From positions 32,001 to 96,000 of the IMG/VR virus record IMGVR_UViG_3300041964_000072: a stretch of 64,000 bases of DNA. The stretch is one strand, 5' to 3'. Each line of letters opens with the position of its first letter. Within the stretch, counting starts at the first letter, position 1. Below are positions 55,039 through 63,437 of this stretch, piece by piece. Both the position numbers and the translations under genes were made by a program. A model generated the notes under the pieces. The model saw nothing but the letters and a program-made list of their open reading frames with translations. It was not told the DNA's origin and searched no databases. Source of the DNA: a virus.

Positions 55039-55602
55039 ATGAAACGCATACAAAAAATCCCTCTACCAGAAGACATTGCCCGGAAAATGGCGGACTATCG
55101 GCTCAAGGGATGGGGAGTCCCTACCGATTACATCATTTTTCACTTGAAACTGGCTCACGCAAGTATGCAGCAGCTTGCGGTAAATCACCAGATCAAGGCA
55201 TCCTTCATCGAACCTGATGGATGGATGGATCGGATGCTTGTCCTTAACGTCCTGGTGCGGCGGGAGGGAAAGTACTCGCTACTCCAATGGCATAGCGGCA
55301 ATCAGTGGTGGATGAAGCTCTCACCCTATGGAGGATGGAGTATCTACACAACCCCAGAGATGTATTTACCCAAGGTGATAGAAGCTGATCCACACGTTAA
55401 TTGGAGTGCTATTTACCCCGTACTGGAACATTTATCCAACGGGCATCCTATTCGCATCGAGGATTTTTGGATAAAGTTCCACGACCTACAACACACTGAC
55501 TACCTCGTACTAGGTGAGTTCTTGTGCTTGCAAGGAAAGTTTATCAACGCACGCTCTACGGAGGTGATTCGGAGTGCCCTAAGCAACATATCACTTGAAT
55601 AG
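55039..55602 (+). CDS. Hypothetical protein
   Basis: GGAGG RBS, 187 aa. Confidence 0.75.
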   Translation: MKRIQKIPLPEDIARKMADYRLKGWGVPTDYIIFHLKLAHASMQQLAVNHQIKASFIEPDGWMDRMLVLNVLVRREGKYSLLQWHSGNQWWMKLSPYGGWSIYTTPEMYLPKVIEADPHVNWSAIYPVLEHLSNGHPIRIEDFWIKFHDLQHTDYLVLGEFLCLQGKFINARSTEVIRSALSNISLE

Positions 55603-56203
55603 TTCTGAATGGTCTGTATCCCTTTACAGACCAATTACACCACTTTGTTTTGCAATATTTAGGGGATTCATTCTTATGTATGACTATCCAATGCATACTG
55701 TCTGGAGCAACGATCAAATTCGCCAATGGCAAAAGGAAGTATTGGCTGTGACAGATACCGACATGATGAAAGCTTGGTTTACTGAACGACATGATCAGGA
55801 GGTTGGTTCTGCCCACAACGTTGAGAAGTGTCCTATCCGCAACTACTACAATGATCTGCTGCCACATCTCGATATTGAGGTAGGGCGATATCAGGTCAAG
55901 ACAGACATACCTCCCAAACTGTTTAAACATGGTCAATTCAAGCCCCTAGTGATTAGTGACATCTATTATCTGGGAAATTCCTCTTTGCAATGTCCGGATA
56001 TGCCGGAATGGTTAAGCAAGATCGTGACTTTGATCGACATAGAATACTGCCACAATACTGAACTTGGTCAAAAAATCAGCAGTGGAGAGGTGGAAGGTCT
56101 TTACCATGAGCTTCACTTCCCGGTATTGGGATGGCAAGTCGTAGCCCTCATCGAAAAAGTGTTAGCCGAATATGCAGTAGAGCAAGAGGCAATAGCAGCG
56201 TAG
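55595..56203 (+). CDS. Hypothetical protein, CPI-motif family (paralog of 43840-44304)
   Basis: MKAWF...VGSAHNVEKCPIRNYY...MPEWLSKIV; start uncertain. Confidence 0.65.
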   Translation: MNSSEWSVSLYRPITPLCFAIFRGFILMYDYPMHTVWSNDQIRQWQKEVLAVTDTDMMKAWFTERHDQEVGSAHNVEKCPIRNYYNDLLPHLDIEVGRYQVKTDIPPKLFKHGQFKPLVISDIYYLGNSSLQCPDMPEWLSKIVTLIDIEYCHNTELGQKISSGEVEGLYHELHFPVLGWQVVALIEKVLAEYAVEQEAIAA

Positions 56204-56212
56204 TATATCTAA

Positions 56213-56826
56213 ATGCGATCGCTCTTTCCTCAAAGGGCGATCTGTTTTTATCAACCATCAACAAGGAATCAAAATGCCAGAAAATATTCTGTACTACATT
56301 GTCCAGACAAATCCGAAAAAGGAGAAAGATTTTCCCAAGTACCTTGATAACAAAGGGCTTCTAAATCCTGATAGTGGGGAAGCTCAGAAGTTCTTGACAC
56401 CTGAAGATGCAGAAAAAGCTATCCAGAAGGTACATTACAAACGTCGCCCAAATCTCATAGTCCAGCCTATTCAGGAATCAAAGATGCATACGTTCAAAAG
56501 AACGGGTGATGATGGCTATGAGCGACTGGCATTGAGAGTCCCTTCCAAAGAATCCAAAGAAAGTTTTTCAGTAGATGTAGTAGATGCCCAAGGAAAGCTC
56601 ATGTGTCGATTGAACACATTTGACTTTGGGAATGGGACAGGGAACGTAGATGTGATTATCCTAGATGAAAGCAAGCAAGGTAGGCTTATAGCTCTATTAG
56701 ACGGCAAAATGGTAATCAACCAAGTCATACCAGGCACTACTGTATTTGCAGTGCAGATAGAGCCGAAGACTGAACCCGCTTCCTGAGTTATGCGATCGCT
56801 CTTTCCTTAAAGGGCGATCTGTTTTT
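56213..56826 (+). repeat. 37 bp direct repeat (terminator with HIP1) flanking gene 56274-56786
   Basis: ATGCGATCGCTCTTTCCT(C/T)AAAGGGCGATCTGTTTTT at 56213-56249 and 56790-56826, 36/37 identical. Confidence 0.9.
56274..56786 (+). CDS. Hypothetical protein inside the direct-repeat cassette
   Basis: AAGGA RBS, 170 aa. Confidence 0.75.
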   Translation: MPENILYYIVQTNPKKEKDFPKYLDNKGLLNPDSGEAQKFLTPEDAEKAIQKVHYKRRPNLIVQPIQESKMHTFKRTGDDGYERLALRVPSKESKESFSVDVVDAQGKLMCRLNTFDFGNGTGNVDVIILDESKQGRLIALLDGKMVINQVIPGTTVFAVQIEPKTEPAS

Positions 56827-56870
56827 GAAAGATTAAGACGCAAACAAAATCTAAAAGGAAGAACGCAGCA

Positions 56871-57191
56871 ATGTTAGTGTTACCAAGAGATGCTTTTTTT
56901 CATGCCTTGTTACTCAAAAATATAGGACAACTAAGCCTATGCATCCTCGATAGCCAAGTAAACGGGTTAAAGCTAGAGGAGGAAATTGAAGGCGATCATT
57001 TCCTTATTGAGCAAGACCAATCAAGTGGTTTTTTCTACATATCAAATTATTATCTGAGCTTGAATGACGAACCTATCAAACCTTTCATTCCAATGCACTC
57101 TCGACATGGTTGGGTGTTAAGGGCAGAGTACAAGGGAGAAGAATACCAAGTGTTTGACGAGGATGGAAAGTTTATCGCAAATTTTCTTTAG
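56871..57191 (+). CDS. Hypothetical protein
   Basis: 106 aa ORF in array. Confidence 0.65.
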   Translation: MLVLPRDAFFHALLLKNIGQLSLCILDSQVNGLKLEEEIEGDHFLIEQDQSSGFFYISNYYLSLNDEPIKPFIPMHSRHGWVLRAEYKGEEYQVFDEDGKFIANFL

Positions 57192-57247
57192 ACCGATATT
57201 TCGATTCTCTTAGAAGAGAGAATCTTATAGCATTGGAAAAGTAGGTA

Positions 57248-57499
57248 ATGTTTAGAGGGTTTATAGCTATGAATGACGAAAATTCAGTTCAGTGGGAAGC
57301 CGCTCAAGATGAACCTACTCAAGAGTGGCAAAAAGAGGCTATGGAGAGGCACAATGCTGCAATTATTATTAATAGCCAAGGTTGGAATATTTGGTACAAA
57401 AAGAACAATACGTTAGGAGAACATACGTGGGAAAATAATATGCAAGCTTGGGAATGGTTACATACAAACGGAAACCAGCGGCGGACGTTAATGAGTTAA
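57248..57499 (+). CDS. Hypothetical protein (paralog of 53693-53905)
   Basis: HNAAI...GWNIWY...LGEHTW...AWEWLHTNG. Confidence 0.6.
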   Translation: MFRGFIAMNDENSVQWEAAQDEPTQEWQKEAMERHNAAIIINSQGWNIWYKKNNTLGEHTWENNMQAWEWLHTNGNQRRTLMS

Positions 57500-57544
57500 G
57501 GAATTGCAACACAAAGATTACATCAAAATATCAGGAGAAATACC

Positions 57545-58042
57545 ATGTCAACAACAATAGTCACAGCCGACAATCCTAAAGAAACAGCAATTAATTGCAT
57601 GATGGAGAATCGGAATCAACTAATATCGCTGTTCTTCGAGATACGACAGTTTCATGAAAGCGTGGATGACCTACCGACTGATATCCGAGATGATATTAAC
57701 ACTTGGGTAAACAATACATTGAACTGTGTTAGTTTCAATTTTGGTGATGCAGTAGAAATCCTCAACGAGTATAAGGATTACCGTCCTACTGACAATAGTG
57801 TGTGGGAAAATCTTATACACATAGAAGACATAGCGACTTGTCAGGCTGCTTACACGATAAAGGCAGTAACTATAGCCTATATCGAAGCTATGATGAAAGC
57901 CCTTTCGGATCTAAGCTATTTGGATTTCCAGGACTACTGGGGAAGTGTAGGCTTTGATTACGAAAATACAGACAGCAATGAAGCGCAAATGAAGTGTTTG
58001 TATGAAGAAAAGATTAAGGAGGTAGACATCTTGAGTATGTAG
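57545..58042 (+). CDS. Acidic hypothetical protein
   Basis: AGGAG RBS, 165 aa. Confidence 0.75.
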   Translation: MSTTIVTADNPKETAINCMMENRNQLISLFFEIRQFHESVDDLPTDIRDDINTWVNNTLNCVSFNFGDAVEILNEYKDYRPTDNSVWENLIHIEDIATCQAAYTIKAVTIAYIEAMMKALSDLSYLDFQDYWGSVGFDYENTDSNEAQMKCLYEEKIKEVDILSM

Positions 58043-58058
58043 GAGTGCAAGAGTCAGT

Positions 58059-58081
58059 CCGCTCCTTCGGGAGCGGTTTTA
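58059..58081 (+). terminator. Intrinsic terminator with UUCG tetraloop
   Basis: CCGCTCC-TTCG-GGAGCGG-T4. Confidence 0.8.
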
Positions 58082-58098
58082 TTTATTGCAGGAGGACA

Positions 58099-58383
58099 AT
58101 GAAGAATTACGTTTACCATACCTGTTGTGTGAATTCAACAGGGCGTTTGATTATTGACATGGTAGATAAAAGTAGGGAAGTATCCCTTTCTACCATCAAA
58201 AAGCACTGCCAAAGGGTCAATGAATGGGCAGAGAGCTTAGGCTATGAAACAGACAGTAGGAGGGGATTAACACTAGAAAACGACGGCATGGTTACTTATC
58301 ACAAGTCTTTCTATAACGGAAAGCCTTGTTACTACATTAAGTGGTCAGCTATTGAATACATTTGGATTAAGCAAAAAACATGA
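58099..58383 (+). CDS. Hypothetical protein
   Basis: AGGAGG RBS before ATG 58099 (MKNYVYHTCCVNS). Confidence 0.7.
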   Translation: MKNYVYHTCCVNSTGRLIIDMVDKSREVSLSTIKKHCQRVNEWAESLGYETDSRRGLTLENDGMVTYHKSFYNGKPCYYIKWSAIEYIWIKQKT

Positions 58384-59018
58384 ATACCACAGCAAAAATC
58401 ACTCGAATTATTCAAGATTTGATTTCTCATCCTCCCTTTAAAAAAGGTGTGGAGGGATTAAAGTCTGAATACCTGATAGAAGACCTTGAGGGCAATGATC
58501 TTCTAGATAGCTACATTCAGTTTGGGGATGCATTAGAAACATGGGTGACAGACCAGATTCCAGAAGATGCTTGCTCCTTGTATCTATGTTTTTTGCATTC
58601 CTTATTGGAATATGTGAGATGGGACTTGATAGCCCAACATCTTCATGCAGGTATGTGGAGGCATGAGGATTATCCAGAAGATGATGAGCCTTACCAGGGC
58701 TATGCCAACACGCTTACTCATGAAGCAAGTATGCAGTTGGATTCTACGAGTACGGAATTGCACCAAAAAGCTCTTGTCCATGTAAGAAGGCGTTTGAAAG
58801 GAGTATTTACACAACAGCAGCTCGGTGGTGCATTAAGGATGCTCTACCATGATTATCTGTTCCAAGAGGACAGGAGAAGGGGATTAAGCAAGTTTCCTTA
58901 TAGGAGCGTGACTAACCTAGGTATAGAGTGCATCGCTTGGCATGAAATTGCTAAAACCCTAGAAACTGAGTTGATGGCAAGTTTAGAGTTGAGTGTTAAG
59001 TCCGATACTGAAAACTAA
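58380..59018 (+). CDS. Hypothetical protein
   Basis: ATGA overlap, 212 aa. Confidence 0.7.
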   Translation: MNTTAKITRIIQDLISHPPFKKGVEGLKSEYLIEDLEGNDLLDSYIQFGDALETWVTDQIPEDACSLYLCFLHSLLEYVRWDLIAQHLHAGMWRHEDYPEDDEPYQGYANTLTHEASMQLDSTSTELHQKALVHVRRRLKGVFTQQQLGGALRMLYHDYLFQEDRRRGLSKFPYRSVTNLGIECIAWHEIAKTLETELMASLELSVKSDTEN

Positions 59019-59033
59019 TTAGAGAGGTAGATT

Positions 59034-59603
59034 ATGTTCAACGAAAGTGATTTTTTGCGTTACATGGAATGGGTGCATTCCGACCTTGATTTGCTTAATC
59101 AAGCAGAAAATTTCGATCAGTTCTGTGACCTTAAGCTTGCCAAGGGTGAACGGGAAAAGCTTGTAGCGTTCTACCGCAAACACACTGATGTGCGATCGCA
59201 ATTTCCTTATGCAAAGCGATTTCCCGGAGTGCCGATCCATACTGTACTAGCCTTTCCAGCCGTGGATAAGCTAGAAGACCTATTTACTCAGTACTGCTGG
59301 GTAGAAAGAGGAGCCAAGAAACCCCCTCGCACCTTTCGTATAGGGCTGTCTAGTGTCAAAAGCCTAGATGCTCCATTGAATTACTCGCTGTATGCGAGAC
59401 AAACCCAAATGCTAAGAGAACACATCATGGGCGCTATGGTAACTCGTAACACTTTCCATTTTGAGCTGAGTGAATGGAGTAGCGGCAATGTAATGCTCTA
59501 CTTGCAGTATGACCAACTTATCTCTAGCTTTTGGATAGCTGTCCTACCTCCTGAGTCCCTAAAATCTATTCCCCTTATCATCAGTAACAAGCATGACAAT
59601 TAA
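59034..59603 (+). CDS. Hypothetical protein, triplicated family copy 1
   Basis: NFDQFCDLKLAKG...QFPYAKRFP...FPAVDKLEDLF. Confidence 0.8.
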   Translation: MFNESDFLRYMEWVHSDLDLLNQAENFDQFCDLKLAKGEREKLVAFYRKHTDVRSQFPYAKRFPGVPIHTVLAFPAVDKLEDLFTQYCWVERGAKKPPRTFRIGLSSVKSLDAPLNYSLYARQTQMLREHIMGAMVTRNTFHFELSEWSSGNVMLYLQYDQLISSFWIAVLPPESLKSIPLIISNKHDN

Positions 59604-60159
59604 TTACATGTCAACCGAAAATGAAGCATGGAAATGGCTGTACAGCGATCCGTATTTACTTGCAGAGTGCAAAGACTTTGATGAATTCTGCGATCGCAAA
59701 AAAGCTCAAGGCGATCGCTTGGCTAACTTCTACCGTGGCTTGCCCTGGCTGGGGAGTCAGCTTCCTTATGCCAAGCGCTACCCTAACAACCCGCTGAATA
59801 AGTGTCTAGTTTTTCCAGCAGTCGATAAATTGGAAGACTTGATTGAAGATTATCTTTGGCAGGTGTCTTCTAATAAAGACAAACCAAAAGGCATGTTATT
59901 TATCTCTATAATACATGCCAAAACCATTGACAGAGATGGACACTGGCTTTACGTCAAGGTCAAACCAGAGATTGAAGAGTGGGTTAAGTCTGGAAGTAAG
60001 GGGCGAACACAATGGAGCAGTACTACCCTAAAAATTGTCGAGCGCTCTGATGGGCTTTTGGTTTTGTGGAATTCAGGAGTCATTATCTCTTCGCACTGGA
60101 TTGCACTCATGGACATCGAGCAAATTAACAACATCCCCAAACCACCAGTAGAAGGCTAA
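59593..60159 (+). CDS. Hypothetical protein, triplicated family copy 2
   Basis: DFDEFCDRKKAQG...QLPYAKRYP...FPAVDKLEDLI. Confidence 0.8.
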   Translation: MTINYMSTENEAWKWLYSDPYLLAECKDFDEFCDRKKAQGDRLANFYRGLPWLGSQLPYAKRYPNNPLNKCLVFPAVDKLEDLIEDYLWQVSSNKDKPKGMLFISIIHAKTIDRDGHWLYVKVKPEIEEWVKSGSKGRTQWSSTTLKIVERSDGLLVLWNSGVIISSHWIALMDIEQINNIPKPPVEG

Positions 60160-60161
60160 TC

Positions 60162-60395
60162 ATGAAAACGTCTATCGAGAGAAATAACATACTTCGAGAT
60201 TGCTTGCACAATATGAGTGCGAGAAGTGGGGCAACAGACCTGTACTGCAAAGGTATGTTAGTTGGGGTTGTAGGAGCCTTGGCAGCATTCGGCTGGGAAC
60301 CTGATGAAGCGCTGAAATACTACAAGGAAAACTTTCCAGCGGATTGCCGTCCGTGGGAAAGCTTCTTTCCTCCAACCTGGGATCAATCAAGATAA
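60162..60395 (+). CDS. Hypothetical protein
   Basis: 77 aa ORF in array. Confidence 0.65.
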   Translation: MKTSIERNNILRDCLHNMSARSGATDLYCKGMLVGVVGALAAFGWEPDEALKYYKENFPADCRPWESFFPPTWDQSR

Positions 60396-60428
60396 AGTTC
60401 CAAAACCACAAAAGTAGGAGTAAGGCAG

Positions 60429-60980
60429 ATGAATTTCATTGAAGCAATCAAGAAATCCATTGAGGAAAAGATATCACTCAAATGGACAAATTTCATAGGA
60501 GCGGGGTTTGCCGCTGACGACATCACAAGAGTATGGGATTATCAAGAGGCTGCTGGTACATTCAAGATGCAAAGAGAAGGGAATCCAAAAACATACTTCA
60601 TGAGCTTTGCTTCAAAACTCAAGGATCAAGGTGTAATGAATTTGCGGGAGCTTGAGGAGTTACTGAAGTGGGCAGAAGCAAACCCAGGTGAATTACCTCA
60701 CCCTGTATTTACGCTACACGACGCAATTAAAAACAAAATCACTCTCGAAGAAAGGCACAAGGCAGGTTTCTTGAGGGTATTCAGCAAGGGAGTGAGACAG
60801 GATAACAAGAAAAGGCTGAAAATTTTCATTAAAAATCCAAGCAATTATGCCAATCATGAGCGTTACAAAATGATTTTCTTTGATGATTATGGAATAGATT
60901 GCCAGTATGTTGCGGGGGGAGAATATCGCCTAGAAGTGGCTGACATACGCAAAAGAATCTGCTCTCAGGTTGAACTGTAG
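60429..60980 (+). CDS. Hypothetical protein
   Basis: 183 aa ORF in array. Confidence 0.7.
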   Translation: MNFIEAIKKSIEEKISLKWTNFIGAGFAADDITRVWDYQEAAGTFKMQREGNPKTYFMSFASKLKDQGVMNLRELEELLKWAEANPGELPHPVFTLHDAIKNKITLEERHKAGFLRVFSKGVRQDNKKRLKIFIKNPSNYANHERYKMIFFDDYGIDCQYVAGGEYRLEVADIRKRICSQVEL

Positions 60981-60997
60981 AAAATAATTGGGAAGAT

Positions 60998-61477
60998 TTG
61001 ATTATGAAAGTCAAAATCAAAGATAACGCTGCAACTGTTTACTGTTCTTATTTTCAAGAACAAGAAATTCCTAACCGGGAATGGGTAGCTATTTTGGAGA
61101 AAATTCAAGGCAAAGTATTAGATGTTGAGAAAGTTTTTAGCGAGGGACAATGTGATCTAATTGTAGAAGAAGATGTATCGAGGTTGAAATGTGTTCACGT
61201 TAGTACAGACATGTTTCAGCAAATCACTATCCATAAAGACAAAGGACTTGCTCTAGAATTCAATGTGACGGATAAACGGACTTTACTTGACTTGAAGCGC
61301 AAAAGCAACCCAATGATCATATCTGTAGAAAAGCGCTTAAAAGCCAATGTCCCTGACTGCATAATCTACTACAAAAAGGATTTCACATATCCTCCGGAAA
61401 AAGATTTGTTCTGGTATCGCTGGGGAAAATCTTTCCTAATTGCACACCAAAATCTAAGGCTCAACCCACAGAAGTAA
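60998..61477 (+). CDS. Hypothetical protein
   Basis: 159 aa ORF in array. Confidence 0.65.
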   Translation: MIMKVKIKDNAATVYCSYFQEQEIPNREWVAILEKIQGKVLDVEKVFSEGQCDLIVEEDVSRLKCVHVSTDMFQQITIHKDKGLALEFNVTDKRTLLDLKRKSNPMIISVEKRLKANVPDCIIYYKKDFTYPPEKDLFWYRWGKSFLIAHQNLRLNPQK

Positions 61478-61489
61478 AAGGAAATAGTC

Positions 61490-61633
61490 ATGAGTGATTC
61501 ATTGAATGACAAGGGTGATTTTGACCACGTTAGCGTTACATTTAACAACAATAACGGTGAAGCGCGTAAATACACTGCCGCTCAGAGCTTGCCTGATGAC
61601 TTGCGATACATCCGCAAATTGATTTGTAAATAA
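61490..61633 (+). CDS. 47 aa hypothetical protein (not in ORF track)
   Basis: AAGGA RBS; MSDSLNDKGDFDHVSVTFNNNNGEARKYTAAQSLPDDLRYIRKLICK*. Confidence 0.5.
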   Translation: MSDSLNDKGDFDHVSVTFNNNNGEARKYTAAQSLPDDLRYIRKLICK

Positions 61634-61651
61634 CCACTAGGAGCAATACCG

Positions 61652-62200
61652 ATGTTCATGAATGCAGACATGGAGCTAGAAGCAACTGAATGGTTGCATA
61701 GTGATGCAGCACTGCTTGCCCAGTGCAAGGACTTTGATGAGTACTGCGATCGCAAAAGGGATCAAGGTGATCCTCTTGCAGACATCTACCGAGAGATTAC
61801 TTGGTTAGGGACACAGTTTCCTTATGCTCAGCGATACCCAGACAGACCGCTACCAAAGTCCCTAAAATTTCCAGCGATTGACAAGATGGCAGACCTGTTT
61901 ACTGAGTACTACTGGCTGGATTATGACAAGAGACAAACCTCAACGATACCAGAAGGAACCCTCCGAGTATCGACCTTCTATGCTCCCACCTTGGGGAACA
62001 AGAAGCATTTGTTTGTTAAGCCTACCGAGGCTGTACAAGCATACATGGATCAAAGATGGGAACCAGAAGCGTCGAACCTAAATATCATTGAACATCGAGA
62101 CGCAGTACTTGTAACGTGGTCGTCAAACATTATTGCTTCAACACACTGGCTTGCATATATGGAGATAGACCAGTTGAAAACCATTCCATCATGCAAATAA
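61652..62200 (+). CDS. Hypothetical protein, triplicated family copy 3
   Basis: DFDEYCDRKRDQG...QFPYAQRYP...FPAIDKMADLF. Confidence 0.8.
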   Translation: MFMNADMELEATEWLHSDAALLAQCKDFDEYCDRKRDQGDPLADIYREITWLGTQFPYAQRYPDRPLPKSLKFPAIDKMADLFTEYYWLDYDKRQTSTIPEGTLRVSTFYAPTLGNKKHLFVKPTEAVQAYMDQRWEPEASNLNIIEHRDAVLVTWSSNIIASTHWLAYMEIDQLKTIPSCK

Positions 62201-62328
62201 AGGGGATAAGTATGACACAACCCGAATAATTTGTCTTCAGCGTAATCATTGCCTAGCATGGCTTAACAGTAGTGCTAGGTATTTAACTAAACCAACGCTG
62301 GGGAGACATACTAAGAAAGGAGCAAACA

Positions 62329-62649
62329 ATGAAAGTGATTAAGACCCGAATCATTCCACCGCAACCAGAACGATCAGAGGAATATGTTGCAGATATTACT
62401 TGTGACCTATGTTCCAGGGGGGGGGGAGGAAGACAAATGCACAATCAATCAATAAGTTGGTCTGACAAAACAGATCTTTTTGATATTGATCTAACAACTA
62501 TAAGGAGGGAAGAAGGGAAGAGTTATCCAGAAGGAGGTTCTACAGAAGTAATGGAGTTTCATATATGCCCAGACTGCTGGGATGTAAAGCTAGTCCCGTG
62601 GCTTACAAGTCAATCAGCTAAACCAACCTGTTTTGAAAGGGATGTGTAA
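62329..62649 (+). CDS. Zinc-finger hypothetical protein
   Basis: TCDLC...HICPDCW; AAGGAG RBS. Confidence 0.7.
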   Translation: MKVIKTRIIPPQPERSEEYVADITCDLCSRGGGGRQMHNQSISWSDKTDLFDIDLTTIRREEGKSYPEGGSTEVMEFHICPDCWDVKLVPWLTSQSAKPTCFERDV

Positions 62650-62659
62650 GAAGAATAAT

Positions 62660-62890
62660 ATGTCAATTCAAATCTTGTACAGCGACTATTACGAAAGAGA
62701 ATTCAACTCTGTAGAGATAGGTATCGCACTAAACCATTACTTAGACTGGTGCCGTGCAAAAGGTTCTTCCCCTGAAGTTTCTCAACTGAATGAAATAGAT
62801 GATCGAAACATAGATCATGTGCTTTATCATGCAGAGCTTCAAGGATATGTTATTGACGAAGACTCAGAACAATTGGATGATGAATCATGA
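62660..62890 (+). CDS. Hypothetical protein
   Basis: ATG 62660, acidic. Confidence 0.6.
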   Translation: MSIQILYSDYYEREFNSVEIGIALNHYLDWCRAKGSSPEVSQLNEIDDRNIDHVLYHAELQGYVIDEDSEQLDDES

Positions 62891-63363
62891 GACTCAGGCT
62901 GGTACGACCATACACATCTAAGACCGTTGATGGGGAAGATTATGAATACCCCAACACATGTTTTTGTGACAAGTGCGATCGCACAATCATAATCGCATCA
63001 GACAAACCGCCAGTAGTGGCGGACTTGGATAATGTTGATACTTTCTACTGCAATGATTGCTACTACATGGAGTATCCTCAGCCGCACCCCTTTATTATCG
63101 ACATTAATGAACAGGAAAAGGATGGTGGATATATTCCCGCTCATGGGGATGTGGTCTGGGTAGCCTCTGTTTGCCCAGTGAACTACCTTGAAACAACACA
63201 TCCCCCACGTTGGTACAAGGCTGTGGTTAGCCACGCTCCTAGCCCTGGAGATGCAGGTAATTTTGGGATATTCCACACAATAACCTTCCCGGAAGGTACT
63301 GTAGGCAGGATGTATACCCAGGCTCAGGCGATTATCAATCCTGATCTGAGACTCCATCGCTAA
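62887..63363 (+). CDS. Zinc-finger hypothetical protein
   Basis: CFCDKCD...YCNDC; ATGA overlap. Confidence 0.65.
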   Translation: MRLRLVRPYTSKTVDGEDYEYPNTCFCDKCDRTIIIASDKPPVVADLDNVDTFYCNDCYYMEYPQPHPFIIDINEQEKDGGYIPAHGDVVWVASVCPVNYLETTHPPRWYKAVVSHAPSPGDAGNFGIFHTITFPEGTVGRMYTQAQAIINPDLRLHR

Positions 63364-63388
63364 AGGTTTGCTTAATTCGTTACGTCCA

Positions 63389-63425
63389 GTGCCAGTAGTA
63401 ATCCTGCTGGCACATATTGTTTTTA
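63389..63425 (+). terminator. Hairpin/terminator upstream of the DGQHR gene
   Basis: GTGCCAGTAG-TAATC-CTGCTGGCAC followed by ATATTG and a T tract. Confidence 0.55.
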
Positions 63426-63437
63426 AGGAGATTCCAC

